Shown here: positions 1 through 10,251 of the stretch, piece after piece
How positions within the stretch are numbered: the stretch's first letter is position 1
Layout: each line of letters opens with the position of its first letter
NCBI GenBank assembly: GCA_002329465.1
Contig: DCTW01000007.1
Span: 3-64,002 of the forward strand
Direction: 5' to 3'
DNA length: 64,000 bases
From: Candidatus Woesebacteria bacterium UBA1430
GTDB lineage: Bacteria; Patescibacteriota; Microgenomatia; UBA8517
Notes under the pieces: model-generated
Seen by the model: the letters and a program-made list of their open reading frames with translations, nothing else
The model's database searches: none
What the model was told of the DNA's origin: nothing
Position numbers and translations under genes: made by a program

Positions 1-58
1 AATATGTATCTGATCCTGTGCATTTTTTGTTAATATAAATTAAGGGGGTGAGTAAATT

Positions 59-235
59 ATGAAAAAAAAGGACTGGAGACTTTTGTCGCAAGTTTTAATT
101 GGGGCATCGCTAATAGCAGTAATTCTATCGGCAATGGGCTTTATGGGCTCTGACATATGGCTTGCATCAACACAATGGCTGCTTGTCGCAGCTGTCATGG
201 CTTTATTTGGTATCTATAGTCGTTTGAATTCATAA
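59..235 (+). CDS. small membrane protein (58 aa), not in supplied ORF track
   Basis: ATG at 59 lies 8 nt after AAGGGGGTGA (SD-like). Translation MKKKDWRLLSQVLIGASLIAVILSAMGFMGSDIWLASTQWLLVAAVMALFGIYSRLNS has two hydrophobic helices. TAA at 233-235. Confidence 0.45.
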   Translation: MKKKDWRLLSQVLIGASLIAVILSAMGFMGSDIWLASTQWLLVAAVMALFGIYSRLNS

Positions 236-258
236 ACTGCGGAATATTTTCGTTAAAT

Positions 259-381
259 ATGCGGAAAAAAAATTGTTCAGTTCAAAAATGCCCTGTTTGT
301 GGGTTTAAAATTGGCTCGGTAGCTGGCTCAAAAGACGCAATTTGCACCAATTGTGGCTTCAAAGACCCCTGTTGTGAATAA
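259..381 (+). CDS. 40-aa zinc-ribbon-like mini-protein, not in supplied ORF track
   Basis: Translation MRKKNCSVQKCPVCGFKIGSVAGSKDAICTNCGFKDPCCE has CPVC...CTNC cysteine pairs. TAA at 379-381. Confidence 0.4.
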   Translation: MRKKNCSVQKCPVCGFKIGSVAGSKDAICTNCGFKDPCCE

Positions 382-417
382 CATGCTTTCAGTAAAGAAC
401 TTTGCTAAAATAAGTTT

Positions 418-1131
418 ATGATTAAAAAAATTTTTTTCGTTGCTTTCTTGTTCCTACTTTTTTTCAGCAGCTTCACTGTGTCGGTTGATGCATCTATCAT
501 TAAGGTTACAAAAAATGGAAAAATTATATGGGGGGTTTTATCCTACGAAACCGATAGCCAAATAAAGATTAAAAATATAGCAAGTGTTTCAGATAAAAAC
601 GAAGCGAATGAAATTTATCTTAAAAACGAAGGTGATAAATTAACGCTTGAAGTAAACTCGGATAGTTCCGTCAAAAAAGCCGATATCACAAACTTTGAGG
701 GAAATATACTTGAAATCGAAACCCACAAAAATCCTCAAAATATAATAATTTATGAAAAAGACGGAAGGTTTGTAATCAACCAGCAAAACTATCTGGCAAC
801 GACATCCCTTTCAATCATTCTTAATCCTCAAGATCAAACGCTTTCTGTCGGCACAAGCCGGGGCACAAGTAAAATAATTGTTCTTCCTCAAGAAGCGGTT
901 TCAGGCTTAATAAGAGCCAATATCATCACCAATGCCAACAATTCAATTTTTTTGGATGAGAATGAAACTGGAAGGCTAGTCTATAAAATAAATGGCGAAA
1001 AAATAATCGAAATTTTTAATCTTTTGGAAATTAACGTTCCTGTTTTCGCCGAAGTATCGCCAACCGACGGAAAATTGGTCGATAAAATTGAACCAAAATG
1101 GTTTTCGGTTTTGGGATTTCTTTTTTCGTAA
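418..1131 (+). CDS. secreted/membrane-associated hypothetical protein
   Basis: N-terminal signal-like hydrophobic segment (FFVAFLFLLFFSSFTVSVDA). No family recognised. Confidence 0.6.
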   Translation: MIKKIFFVAFLFLLFFSSFTVSVDASIIKVTKNGKIIWGVLSYETDSQIKIKNIASVSDKNEANEIYLKNEGDKLTLEVNSDSSVKKADITNFEGNILEIETHKNPQNIIIYEKDGRFVINQQNYLATTSLSIILNPQDQTLSVGTSRGTSKIIVLPQEAVSGLIRANIITNANNSIFLDENETGRLVYKINGEKIIEIFNLLEINVPVFAEVSPTDGKLVDKIEPKWFSVLGFLFS

Positions 1132-1160
1132 GTAATTAATTTTTAAAGGAGGTGATTTTT

Positions 1161-1424
1161 ATGAACGTAACAGTTTACACAACAACAACCTGTCCTTATT
1201 GTAAAATGCTTAAAGAGTATTTTAATCAAAATTCGGTTCCGTTTATTGAAAAACTTGTCGATCAAGACGATCAGGCAAGACAGCAGATGATGTTGGATTC
1301 AGGAGGATTTCTTGGGGTTCCGTTTACAACAATAGAAAAAGAAGGTCTCCCCAAAGAAACAGTAGTTGGATTTGACAAAGCCAGATTAGATACTATCCTA
1401 GGTATTAATAATGATATTCATTAA
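1161..1424 (+). CDS. glutaredoxin-family thiol-disulfide oxidoreductase
   Basis: CPYC active site in VTVYTTTTCPYCKMLKEYF. ATG at 1161 follows AAAGGAGGTGA. The track start at 1152 is GTG inside the SD. Confidence 0.8.
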   Translation: MNVTVYTTTTCPYCKMLKEYFNQNSVPFIEKLVDQDDQARQQMMLDSGGFLGVPFTTIEKEGLPKETVVGFDKARLDTILGINNDIH

Positions 1425-2070
1425 TTTCAAAACTTACAGTCAGGGTACGGGCAGAAACGCCACAAAACTTGCCGGTATTATTAAGCAAATTTCCGAAGAA
1501 ACAGAAATCAAACTCATTCCGGTAGCGCAGGCCGTTGATATAAAAAGCATTGTTCAAGAAACAAAACTCGAGGTATGGGCACAGCACTCCGACCCTGTTG
1601 AGTTTGGGCCCCATACGGGGAAAATTCTTCCTCAGGGTTTAAACGAGGCGGGCGCCTTAGGAACATTTCTCAATCATTCAGAAAACAAATTCGATAGTTT
1701 CCACGATCTCAAAAAAGCAAATGCACTATGCCAAAAAAACGGCCTAAAAACACTTATTTTTGCATCAGATCTAAACGAAGCTAAAAGCATCATTTCTTTG
1801 CGTCCGGATTATTTCGCATACGAGCCGCCGGAATTAATCGGAAGCAAAGATCTCTCCGTTGCCACCCAAAACCCCGATATTATTACAAAAGCTGCTATTC
1901 TTTCCCAAAAAACCAAAACTCCTTTAATTGTAGGAGCCGGAATCCATAATAAGCTGGATATTCAAGTAAGTCTTAAACTTGGTGCGGATGGCTTTGCTGT
2001 TTCATCTGATATTCTAAAAGCAACAAATCCAAAAAAAGAATTATTAGAGTTACTGGAGGGTTACAAATGA
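1411..2070 (+). CDS. tpiA: triosephosphate isomerase, short archaeal-type (219 aa)
   Basis: INFKTY N-terminus, LNHSE catalytic-His block, YEPPELIG catalytic-Glu block and GAGI phosphate loop. The length is typical of archaeal TIM. Confidence 0.8.
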   Translation: MIFINFKTYSQGTGRNATKLAGIIKQISEETEIKLIPVAQAVDIKSIVQETKLEVWAQHSDPVEFGPHTGKILPQGLNEAGALGTFLNHSENKFDSFHDLKKANALCQKNGLKTLIFASDLNEAKSIISLRPDYFAYEPPELIGSKDLSVATQNPDIITKAAILSQKTKTPLIVGAGIHNKLDIQVSLKLGADGFAVSSDILKATNPKKELLELLEGYK

Positions 2071-2522
2071 AAATATATATAGCGTCAGATCATGGAGGTT
2101 ACTACCTCAAAGAAGAGCTTAAAAACTATTTGTCTTCAAAAGGTTACTCTGTCACCGACATGGGAAATTCAAAATTTGATAAAAACGACGACTACACAGA
2201 TTTTATTTTTCCTCTTTCCGAAAAAGTCGCAAAAGACAAAGATTCTATGGGTATTGTTTTAGGAAGATCCGGGAACGGCGAGGCAATCGCAGCCAATAAA
2301 GTTAAGGGAATAAGGGCAGCGCTTTGTCTAAGCGAACGTCATGCCAAAAAAGCTCGCGACAATAACAATGCAAACACTCTTTGTCTGGGTGCAGACTTTA
2401 TTTCTCCCACTACGGCCAAAAAAATTGTTGACACTTTTATAAAAACACGATTTTCAAGAGCAAAAAGGCACAATAGAAGAGTTTCCAAAATAAAAAAATA
2501 TGAATCCGCCCACTTTAAATAG
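2067..2522 (+). CDS. rpiB: ribose-5-phosphate isomerase B
   Basis: MKIYIASDHGGYYLKEEL N-terminus and RpiB/LacAB-like length. ATGA overlap with tpiA. Confidence 0.85.
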   Translation: MKIYIASDHGGYYLKEELKNYLSSKGYSVTDMGNSKFDKNDDYTDFIFPLSEKVAKDKDSMGIVLGRSGNGEAIAANKVKGIRAALCLSERHAKKARDNNNANTLCLGADFISPTTAKKIVDTFIKTRFSRAKRHNRRVSKIKKYESAHFK

Positions 2523-3549
2523 TCTTAATTTTGAGGCTAAAAAAGTTATTCTTAGACTCGATCTGGATGTTGAGTTAAACAGTCAAGAATTGGAAAAAAT
2601 ACCGCGCCTTCAAAATTCTCTTCCTACAATTTCTGCAATATTTTCAAAAGCAGAAAAAATTCTTCTAATAGGTCACGCTGGAAGGCCTGAAGGCAAGTTT
2701 GTCTCAGAATTAAGTTTAAAACCATTAATTTCTTTTTTTGAAATGAACATGGGTAGTACTAAATTTATAGAATTCAATCCTGAGCCGCAAAATCTCGAGT
2801 CTGCAAAAAATGAGTTTTTAAATTCACAAAACAAGCTTTATTTATTGGAAAATCTTAGATTTTGGATAGAGGAGGAAAAAAATAGTCTGGAATTTGCTCA
2901 ACAACTTGCTGATTTTGGTAACGTTTATGTAAACGATTCTTTTGCATCAAGTCACAGGAGCCATGCTTCGACCAACGCACTCCCGAAGTTGATTAGAAAT
3001 AAAGGCGGCTTATGCGCCATCGGAATTAGATTTGAAAAAGAGCTTGCCAATCTTGATAAAGCAATCACAAATCCCAAAAGGCCCGTAGTTTCAATAATAA
3101 GTGGAGTAAAAAAAGACAAACTCAAACACCTCGAAGGAATCAAAAAAATCTCCGACAAAGTGCTTGTTGCGGGCAGATTGCCGGAATATTTTGAGCAACA
3201 GCCGGACGACAAGTTAATTGTTGGAAAGCTCATCCCCGACAAAGAAGATCTTACAGTTCATTCTATAGAACTTTTCGAAAACGAAATTAGCAATGCAGGA
3301 ACGATTATTGTATCAGGTCCTATGGGTAAGTTCGAAGACAATGGCCACAGATTGGCAACGGAAAGAATTCTTAATTCTATAGCCAAAAACATAACGGCAT
3401 TCAAGTTAGCGGGCGGGGGAGATACTCAATGTGCTCTGGACATGTTTGGTTTAAGCGACAAATTTAATTGGATCAGTAGTGGTGGGGGTGCTATGCTTAC
3501 ATATCTTTCAACAGGCACTTTACCGGGCATTGAAGCGTTGGTAAACTAA
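2500..3549 (+). CDS. pgk: phosphoglycerate kinase (short, 349 aa)
   Basis: Blocks RLDLDV, GHAGRPEGK, LENLRFWIEEEKN, YVNDSFASSHRSHAST, GGGDT and SSGGGAMLTYL. Confidence 0.85.
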   Translation: MNPPTLNSLNFEAKKVILRLDLDVELNSQELEKIPRLQNSLPTISAIFSKAEKILLIGHAGRPEGKFVSELSLKPLISFFEMNMGSTKFIEFNPEPQNLESAKNEFLNSQNKLYLLENLRFWIEEEKNSLEFAQQLADFGNVYVNDSFASSHRSHASTNALPKLIRNKGGLCAIGIRFEKELANLDKAITNPKRPVVSIISGVKKDKLKHLEGIKKISDKVLVAGRLPEYFEQQPDDKLIVGKLIPDKEDLTVHSIELFENEISNAGTIIVSGPMGKFEDNGHRLATERILNSIAKNITAFKLAGGGDTQCALDMFGLSDKFNWISSGGGAMLTYLSTGTLPGIEALVN

Positions 3550-3553
3550 AATA

Positions 3554-4666
3554 ATGGTTAAAGTAGGAATAAACGGTTTTGGAAGAATTGGAAGAATTTC
3601 TTTAAGAATTGCCCTTACAAAGGAGAAAGAAAACGTTTCGGTTTGTGCAATAAACACTTCAGGATCAATGGAGGTTGAGGGTTGGGCGCATTTATTAAGC
3701 TACGACACAATGTATCGCCAATTTGAAAAAGAAGTTGTTGCTGAAAAGACAAAAAACGCCAAAGAAGCAACAGACGAAGATCCTCTAATCGGCTATATTA
3801 AAATTAAAGACGAAGATATTAAAATACCCATCCTTGCACAAAGAGATCCTTCAAAAATTCCCTGGAAAAACTACGGGGTAGATGTGGTTATAGAATCAAC
3901 CGGTGTTTTCCGTACCGAAGAAGACGCCAAAAAACACGCTCTCGGAGGAGCCAAAAGGGTAGTAATTTCAGCGCCAAGTAAAGGCGGCAATGTCGGAACC
4001 TATGTGTTAGGCGTAAACGAATATAAAGGCGACGCGGTTGTTTTAAACAACGCAAGCTGTACAACAAACTGTGTTGCACCGGTAGCGGCAGTTATGCAAG
4101 CCAAATTTGGTATAGAAAAAGCAGTCATGACAACAATCCACAGCTACACCGACGACCAAAATCTTCAAGATAATTCAAATAAAGATCTCCGCCGCGCACG
4201 CGCAGCCGCAGAAAACATAATCCCAACGTCAACAGGGGCAGCAATCGCAACAACCGAAACAATACCGGAGCTCGAAGGGCTTTTCGATGGCACCGCGCTT
4301 CGGGTTCCTACGGCAACAGGTTCAATTACCGATTTTACCCTTCTTCTTAAAAAAAATACAACCAAAGAAGAAGTAAACAAAACTTTTATAGAGGCATCTC
4401 AAAACCCGCTTTATAAAAACATTTTGGGGGTAACAGAGAAACCGCTTGTTTCCTCAGACATTATAGGAAGAAGCGAGTCGGCTATTGTAGATTTATCTCT
4501 AACACAAGTAGTAGCAGGCAATCTGGTTAAAATTTTTGCCTGGTATGACAACGAGTGGGGTTACGCAACAAGGCTTATAGAACAAGTAATTCGTGTCGGA
4601 AATACGCTCGAATCTCAAGTCGCACCCACAGATCCAATAACCCTTTCTTTCCAGAAAAATAGCTAA
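3554..4666 (+). CDS. gap: glyceraldehyde-3-phosphate dehydrogenase
   Basis: NGFGRIGR NAD loop, SCTTNC active site and WYDNEWGY C-terminal block. Confidence 0.9.
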   Translation: MVKVGINGFGRIGRISLRIALTKEKENVSVCAINTSGSMEVEGWAHLLSYDTMYRQFEKEVVAEKTKNAKEATDEDPLIGYIKIKDEDIKIPILAQRDPSKIPWKNYGVDVVIESTGVFRTEEDAKKHALGGAKRVVISAPSKGGNVGTYVLGVNEYKGDAVVLNNASCTTNCVAPVAAVMQAKFGIEKAVMTTIHSYTDDQNLQDNSNKDLRRARAAAENIIPTSTGAAIATTETIPELEGLFDGTALRVPTATGSITDFTLLLKKNTTKEEVNKTFIEASQNPLYKNILGVTEKPLVSSDIIGRSESAIVDLSLTQVVAGNLVKIFAWYDNEWGYATRLIEQVIRVGNTLESQVAPTDPITLSFQKNS

Positions 4667-4676
4667 TTCAGTGTCA

Positions 4677-5318
4677 ATGGAAATCATCCCGGCAGTTTTG
4701 ACCTCAGATCCAAGCGAACTTAAATATTTAATAGATTTAGCTGAAGGCAATGTTAAAAAAGTGCAAATAGACATAATCGACGGGATTTTTGAAAAAAACA
4801 AAACCATTAATCCCGAAAGCCTCAAATATTTAGAAACAAGCATTTTGTTCGATATCCAATTGATGGTAAAAGAACCGATTTCTTGGACAGAAAGATGTGT
4901 CCTGGCAAACACGGACAGAATAATTGGTCACATCGAATTAATGTCAGACCAGCTTGAATTTGCAGAAAAAGTCCAAAGCCTAGGCCTAAAAATAGGTTTG
5001 GGTTTGGACCTGGATACGCCGGTAGAAAAAATATATCCTCGTTTAATTAATGATATAGATGTAATTTTGCTTATGTCCACAAAAGCGGGTTTTGGTGGAC
5101 AGAAATTTCAAGAAAAAGTGTTTGAAAAAATTAAAAAACTAAACAAAATTCGAGAAAACGACCAATCGCCATTCAAAATTTGCGTCGATGGGGGAATAAC
5201 AAAAGACCAAGCCCCCAAGCTTCAAGAGCTAAAAGTAGACGAAATTGCAGTAGGAAGGCGTCTGCTCAACGAAAATATTACCGATGAACTTAAAAGCTTC
5301 CAAAAGCTTATTTCTTAA
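4677..5318 (+). CDS. rpe: ribulose-phosphate 3-epimerase
   Basis: IDIIDG, LLMSTKAGFGGQKF and VDGGI blocks. ATG at 4677; the track start at 4671 is GTG. Confidence 0.8.
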   Translation: MEIIPAVLTSDPSELKYLIDLAEGNVKKVQIDIIDGIFEKNKTINPESLKYLETSILFDIQLMVKEPISWTERCVLANTDRIIGHIELMSDQLEFAEKVQSLGLKIGLGLDLDTPVEKIYPRLINDIDVILLMSTKAGFGGQKFQEKVFEKIKKLNKIRENDQSPFKICVDGGITKDQAPKLQELKVDEIAVGRRLLNENITDELKSFQKLIS

Positions 5319-5339
5319 TGCTAAGTGTATAATTTATTT

Positions 5340-6005
5340 ATGATCGAAGACCCAAAAAAAATTCCCGGCAAAAAATCCGTAAAGCTTACAAGGGGAATAA
5401 TTAAAAATATCGCTTTTTTTGGAGACGCAAATGTATCTAAAACGGATTCGGTATATAAAGACGCTTTTGATATAGCAAAAATTCTTGCTTCGAAAGGATT
5501 TACGATCGTAAACGGCGGCGGCCCTGGAGTAATGGACGCATCAACGCAAGGAGCCAAGGCGGCTGGTGGAGAAACAATTTCTGTTACTTTCTACCCAAAA
5601 GATGCACCGGGTTTTGAAGGAAAATACTTAGGGAACATAACGGATAAAGAAGTAGTTACAAGCAATTATATTGAAAGAATGTTTAAACTCATAGAGCACG
5701 CCGACATGTTTATAGTTTTTAAAGGCGGGAGCGGTACTGTTAGTGAATTTGGAACGGCTTGGGTATTGGCAAATATTTATTATGGGCACCATAAGCCATT
5801 TATTCTATACGGAGAATTTTGGATTGAAATAATAGATGTGCTGAGAAAAAATCTAAATATAGATAAACAGGAAATGTCTGTTTTTGAAATAGCGGCTAAA
5901 AAAGAAGACGTTTGTGCTATTATCGAAAAATTCGAAAACAAGCTTCAAAAAATGCACTCAAAAAAATACACGGAGGGAAAACGCTACACCAACAATGGCA
6001 AATAA
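5340..6005 (+). CDS. LOG-family (TIGR00730-like) nucleotide-binding protein
   Basis: NGGGPGVMDA and FKGGSGTVSEF motifs (GGGxGxM / PGGxGTxxE pattern). ATG at 5340. Confidence 0.75.
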   Translation: MIEDPKKIPGKKSVKLTRGIIKNIAFFGDANVSKTDSVYKDAFDIAKILASKGFTIVNGGGPGVMDASTQGAKAAGGETISVTFYPKDAPGFEGKYLGNITDKEVVTSNYIERMFKLIEHADMFIVFKGGSGTVSEFGTAWVLANIYYGHHKPFILYGEFWIEIIDVLRKNLNIDKQEMSVFEIAAKKEDVCAIIEKFENKLQKMHSKKYTEGKRYTNNGK

Positions 6006-6825
6006 TAAAAAGCCCGACTTAGAAAAAATATCTCAAAAAATCAGGATTGATATAATTAAAATGATCTCCAAAGCAGGCTCGGGTCATCCGGCTGGATCTC
6101 TAGGTATGGTGGAGGTTTTTGTCACGCTTTATTTTGATATTCTTAATCACGATCCTAAAAACCCCGATTGGCCGATGCGCGATAGGCTCATTTTATCAAA
6201 CGGACATATATGTCCGGTTCTTTACGCTTGCTTGGCACATAGCGGGTATTTCTCCCCCAAACAGCTCTCTTCACTTAGAAAGTTCGGATCCCCTCTGCAG
6301 GGTCATCCCGAAAGAACCAAACTTTCTGGAGTAGAAACAACATCTGGCCCTCTGGGTAGTGGTCTTGCCCAAGCGGCAGGCATAGCCTTGGCTGCTAAGA
6401 TGGACGGAATGCGTTTTCGTGTTTTTGCCATTACAAGCGACGGCGAACACAACGAAGGCAACCATTGGGAAGCAATAATGTTTGCATCTAAATATCGCCT
6501 TACAAACCTTACCCAAATTATCGACAGAAATAAAATCCAGCTTAGCGGCAACACAAAAGATATTATGCCAATAGAGCCTTTTGTCGAAAAATACAAAAGT
6601 TTCAATTGGCACGTAATTGAGATTAACGGCCACGATATTAATGAGATTAAAGATGCGATTTCACAAGCACGGAATGAATATCAAGCTCCGACAGCAATCA
6701 TTGCGAACACAATCCCCGGAAAAGGCGTAAGTTTTATGGAAAATCGTTACGAATGGCACGGAAAAGCGCCCAATAAAAGCGAAACCGCAAAAGCGCTAAA
6801 AGAATTAATCTCGCATGATAAATAA
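5995..6825 (+). CDS. transketolase, N-terminal (TPP-binding) subunit
   Basis: GSGHPAGSLG, LSNGH and SDGEHNEGNHWEA (GDG-type TPP motif) blocks. ATG at 5995; the track start at 5914 overlaps the preceding gene. Confidence 0.85.
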   Translation: MANNKKPDLEKISQKIRIDIIKMISKAGSGHPAGSLGMVEVFVTLYFDILNHDPKNPDWPMRDRLILSNGHICPVLYACLAHSGYFSPKQLSSLRKFGSPLQGHPERTKLSGVETTSGPLGSGLAQAAGIALAAKMDGMRFRVFAITSDGEHNEGNHWEAIMFASKYRLTNLTQIIDRNKIQLSGNTKDIMPIEPFVEKYKSFNWHVIEINGHDINEIKDAISQARNEYQAPTAIIANTIPGKGVSFMENRYEWHGKAPNKSETAKALKELISHDK

Positions 6826-7789
6826 AACAATTAAATTATCAAAAAAACTAAATTCCTGTCGCGATGCTTTTGGTAAAGCTTTGGTTGAAGCAGGGGAGAA
6901 GGATCAAAACGTCGTTGTCCTTACAGCAGATTTAGAAGAGTCAACCCGTGTTCAGTATTTCAAAGATCGTTTTCCCGACCGCTTTTTTGATGTCGGTGTT
7001 TCCGAACAGGCACTTGCAACCATAGCATCAGGATTGGCAAATTACGGAAAAATTCCGGTTATAACCAGTTTCGCAACCTTTTCTCCGGGAAGAAATTGGG
7101 AGCAGATAAGAACAACAATTTGTATTAATAAAGTGCCCGTAAAAATAGTCTCAACACACGCAGGTATAAACGTAGGCGAAGACGGAGCCACCCATCAGGC
7201 GCTTGAAGACCTGGCTCTTATGCGAGTGCTTCCAAATATGCTTATCATATCCCCCTCAGACGCAGAAGAAACTCAAAAAGCAATCCGTGCGGCATTAAAG
7301 ACCAAAACGCCAGTTTACATCCGTCTCCCAAGATACGAAACCAAAATGTACACCACACCAAAGACTCCGTTTGAAATAGGTAAGGCGCTTTACTTGTGGC
7401 AAGGCAAGGATCCCAAAGTGGCAATCATGGCAACGGGCCCCTGCGCAGTCAAAGCTCTTAAAGCTGCCCAAACTCTTTCAAAAAACGGCATCGAAAGTCT
7501 GGTTTTAAATAACCACACAATTAAGCCGATCGATCAAGAAGCAATAGTAAATGCGGCAAAACTTACAGGCTGCGTTGTTACAATCGAAGACCATCAAATT
7601 AAAGGAGGCTTTGGCTCGGCAGTTGCTGAAACGCTGTCGGAATTATTCCCTGTACCAATAGAATTTATCGGAATCAACGACAGTTTTGGTGAATCCGGAA
7701 AACCAAAAGAGCTTCTCACAAAATTCGGCCTTACAACTGAAAACATAGTTGAAAAAGCTCTAAAAGTAATAAAAAGAAAAATGATCTAA
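6815..7789 (+). CDS. transketolase, C-terminal (pyrimidine-binding) subunit
   Basis: DVGVSEQ, GEDGATHQALEDLALMR and a C-terminal transketolase domain. Overlaps the N-terminal subunit gene. Confidence 0.85.
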   Translation: MINKTIKLSKKLNSCRDAFGKALVEAGEKDQNVVVLTADLEESTRVQYFKDRFPDRFFDVGVSEQALATIASGLANYGKIPVITSFATFSPGRNWEQIRTTICINKVPVKIVSTHAGINVGEDGATHQALEDLALMRVLPNMLIISPSDAEETQKAIRAALKTKTPVYIRLPRYETKMYTTPKTPFEIGKALYLWQGKDPKVAIMATGPCAVKALKAAQTLSKNGIESLVLNNHTIKPIDQEAIVNAAKLTGCVVTIEDHQIKGGFGSAVAETLSELFPVPIEFIGINDSFGESGKPKELLTKFGLTTENIVEKALKVIKRKMI

Positions 7790-7792
7790 CAC

Positions 7793-8683
7793 CTACATCT
7801 GCCCCTCAAGATTTTGTTCTACCGGCACCTGTTCCTCCTGAAGTTCCTCGGGCTCAGACGTATAGGCTTCCTTACACTCAATAAACTCAGGTGTTTCTGT
7901 AAAGCCGCACTCGCCATTGGCCTGTCTTTCGCAGACCGCCGAATCATAGCAAATATAATAATTTTTATATTCGCAACTGGAAGAAATTTGAGCGCCCTTT
8001 TCTATACAAAGTTCACCATTGCATCCCGAAACAACACAGTCGCGGTTATCAGCTAAAGTGTTTTTTCCTGAGTCAACAAATCTAATTGTTGAAATTATAT
8101 CTTCGATTTGAGCCAAATTTTGGCTCTCTGTATTGGTGTAGTAGAAAATCTCAGCGTAAACTTCTTGATCTCCCGGCTTTTTAATTAAATATTTTATAAA
8201 AGAAACGTCATATTCGCTTCCCTCAAGTTTTATTCCGCTATACCCTGCAATCTCGCCTGAAGAAACGCCCATATTTTCGTCCAAATAAGCAGGCCTGGTG
8301 CTTTGAAGAAATATTGAAATTCTTGCCTCATCATTCTCACTGCCTGATAAGCCTTTAACTAAATCAAATGAATAAGATCCACCATCTCCATTTCCGTCGG
8401 GAGCAACCTCAACCCACTCGTTCGGATGCTCGATTACAAATCCAAAATAATCATTGCTGTATTTAACCCATCCGGAAGTGTCAACATCTTCTTCGCCCGT
8501 AGACCTTAAAGAAGTGTCTGAATAAAGCCCCGTTAGATAGTTGTAAATCAAATAGCCAGTAGCTCCCAAAAAAAGAGCGGCCACAAAACCAAAAAGAATA
8601 ATTGCAGCATAAACAACTAAGCCTCGTTTTTTACCCTCTTTATCCTTCTGTTTTGATACAAACACCCCATTCTCTTTGGGCAT
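7793..8683 (-). CDS. membrane-anchored protein with C-terminal eight-cysteine cluster domain
   Basis: One N-terminal TM helix. The C-terminal segment CVVSGCNGELC...C...C...C...C...C contains exactly eight Cys. Confidence 0.55.
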   Translation of the reverse strand: MPKENGVFVSKQKDKEGKKRGLVVYAAIILFGFVAALFLGATGYLIYNYLTGLYSDTSLRSTGEEDVDTSGWVKYSNDYFGFVIEHPNEWVEVAPDGNGDGGSYSFDLVKGLSGSENDEARISIFLQSTRPAYLDENMGVSSGEIAGYSGIKLEGSEYDVSFIKYLIKKPGDQEVYAEIFYYTNTESQNLAQIEDIISTIRFVDSGKNTLADNRDCVVSGCNGELCIEKGAQISSSCEYKNYYICYDSAVCERQANGECGFTETPEFIECKEAYTSEPEELQEEQVPVEQNLEGQM

Positions 8684-8761
8684 AAATTAATTATTACATT
8701 TTTTTTCAAACCCCACAACCTTGACTGTTTTGAAACTTGTAAGTAAGATAAAATTAACGAA

Positions 8762-9232
8762 ATGAAGTATCTACTGCCCGTCTTTTTAATAATTGCTCTC
8801 TTTTTTCCCGCCCTATCCAAAGCCAGTGGTTTTTATCTGGAATCAATAGGTGACCTGGCTGTTGAAGGAGGCGGTCATACTCATTACTGGTATACAGGTT
8901 CGGAAGTCACTTTAAGAGGTGTTGCCCCGGCTAATTCAAGTGTAACTGTTGAAATAGACGGTACTGCCGAGTTGGTAACCGCTTCTTCCTCTGGCAGCTG
9001 GTCTTATACAACAAGTCTTGCCGAAGGCGATCATGGCATTGTGCTTTCTACACCCTCGGTAGAACCCTATTCGTTTACTCTTACAATAGGCGATATGCCT
9101 GAAGAAGTTGGTGCAATATCCAAGCCGGATACTCCGCCGGCTGGCAACATAACACCAACCCTTTTGGGCTTGATTATTGGTACAGGACTTCTTTTTACCC
9201 CTCTTTTGGTTGGCAAAGTCTTTATAAAATAA
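8762..9232 (+). CDS. secreted Ig-like-domain protein with C-terminal hydrophobic anchor
   Basis: Signal peptide (LIIALFFPALSKA), a beta-rich middle region, and a C-terminal TM helix plus basic tail (LLGLIIGTGLLFTPLLVGKVFIK). Confidence 0.5.
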   Translation: MKYLLPVFLIIALFFPALSKASGFYLESIGDLAVEGGGHTHYWYTGSEVTLRGVAPANSSVTVEIDGTAELVTASSSGSWSYTTSLAEGDHGIVLSTPSVEPYSFTLTIGDMPEEVGAISKPDTPPAGNITPTLLGLIIGTGLLFTPLLVGKVFIK

Positions 9233-9235
9233 TCT

Positions 9236-10249
9236 ATGTCTCAAAAAACGCTTTCGGAAATAGCCGACAAACTGGTTCTTTCTCCAAAGGGTATTTTGGC
9301 GGCAGACGAATCAGAAGGCACAATTAAAAAACGCTTCGATGATATCGGTATAGAATCAAACATTGAAAATAGGCGTAACTACAGAGAAATGCTTTTTACC
9401 ACCCCTGAAATTGAAAAATACATAAGCGGGGTTATACTTTTTGACGAAACAGTCTGGCAAAAAATAAACAAAGTAGTTTTAATCCCAGACTATCTATCTC
9501 AACGAGGAATCCTGCCGGGAATAAAAGTAGACGAAGGCAAAGAGCCTTTTTCAGATTCTCCCAACGAGTTCGTTACAAAAGGATTGGACGGTTTGTCCGT
9601 CAAGTTGCCAAAATATGTAAAGGCTGGATGTGTTTTTACAAAATGGCGTGCTGTCGCCCCAATAGGAAACGGCATTCCGACCAATGAAGCTATTCAAATA
9701 AACGCCGAAAATTTAGCCGAATTTGCGTTAATGTCTCAATCGCACAAATTAGTGCCCATTGTCGAGCCCGAAGTTCTTATGGATGGAAATCATTCAATAG
9801 AAAAATGCGAAGAAGTAAGCACAAAATTTTTATCTAGTGTTTTTTCAAACCTTAAAAAAAAGAAAGTCAATCTTAAAGGAATTCTTTTGAAAACAAATAT
9901 GGTTGTCCAAGGAAAAGATCTGGGGGATGCGGACGCAAACTTGGTGGCAATAAAAACGCTAAGCGTACTTAAAAAATGCATACCAGAAGAAGTTCCCGGA
10001 ATTGTCTTTCTTTCAGGTGGATTAAGCCCGGAAACTGCAACTCTTTATCTTAACGAGATAAACAAAAACAAAAATCTGCCCTGGCGGCTTAGCTTTTCTT
10101 TCGGCCGAGCACTTCAAAAACCAGCGCTTTCTGCCTGGTCGGGAGATCCCAAAAATGTTGTTTTAGCACAAAACAAATTTAAAAAACGTGCCATGTTAAA
10201 CTCTCTTGCAACACAAGGGTTATACCGGACGGAAATGGAAAAAGAATAA
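9236..10249 (+). CDS. fba: fructose-bisphosphate aldolase, class I
   Basis: LAADESEGTIKKRF N-terminal block and overall class I (Schiff-base) aldolase layout. Confidence 0.85.
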   Translation: MSQKTLSEIADKLVLSPKGILAADESEGTIKKRFDDIGIESNIENRRNYREMLFTTPEIEKYISGVILFDETVWQKINKVVLIPDYLSQRGILPGIKVDEGKEPFSDSPNEFVTKGLDGLSVKLPKYVKAGCVFTKWRAVAPIGNGIPTNEAIQINAENLAEFALMSQSHKLVPIVEPEVLMDGNHSIEKCEEVSTKFLSSVFSNLKKKKVNLKGILLKTNMVVQGKDLGDADANLVAIKTLSVLKKCIPEEVPGIVFLSGGLSPETATLYLNEINKNKNLPWRLSFSFGRALQKPALSAWSGDPKNVVLAQNKFKKRAMLNSLATQGLYRTEMEKE

Positions 10250-10251
10250 AA

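Noticed and set aside
5914-5994. Long N-terminal extension of the transketolase N-subunit ORF
   Set aside because: It overlaps the LOG-like gene in another frame and is basic low-complexity sequence. The homology-consistent start is the ATG at 5995.
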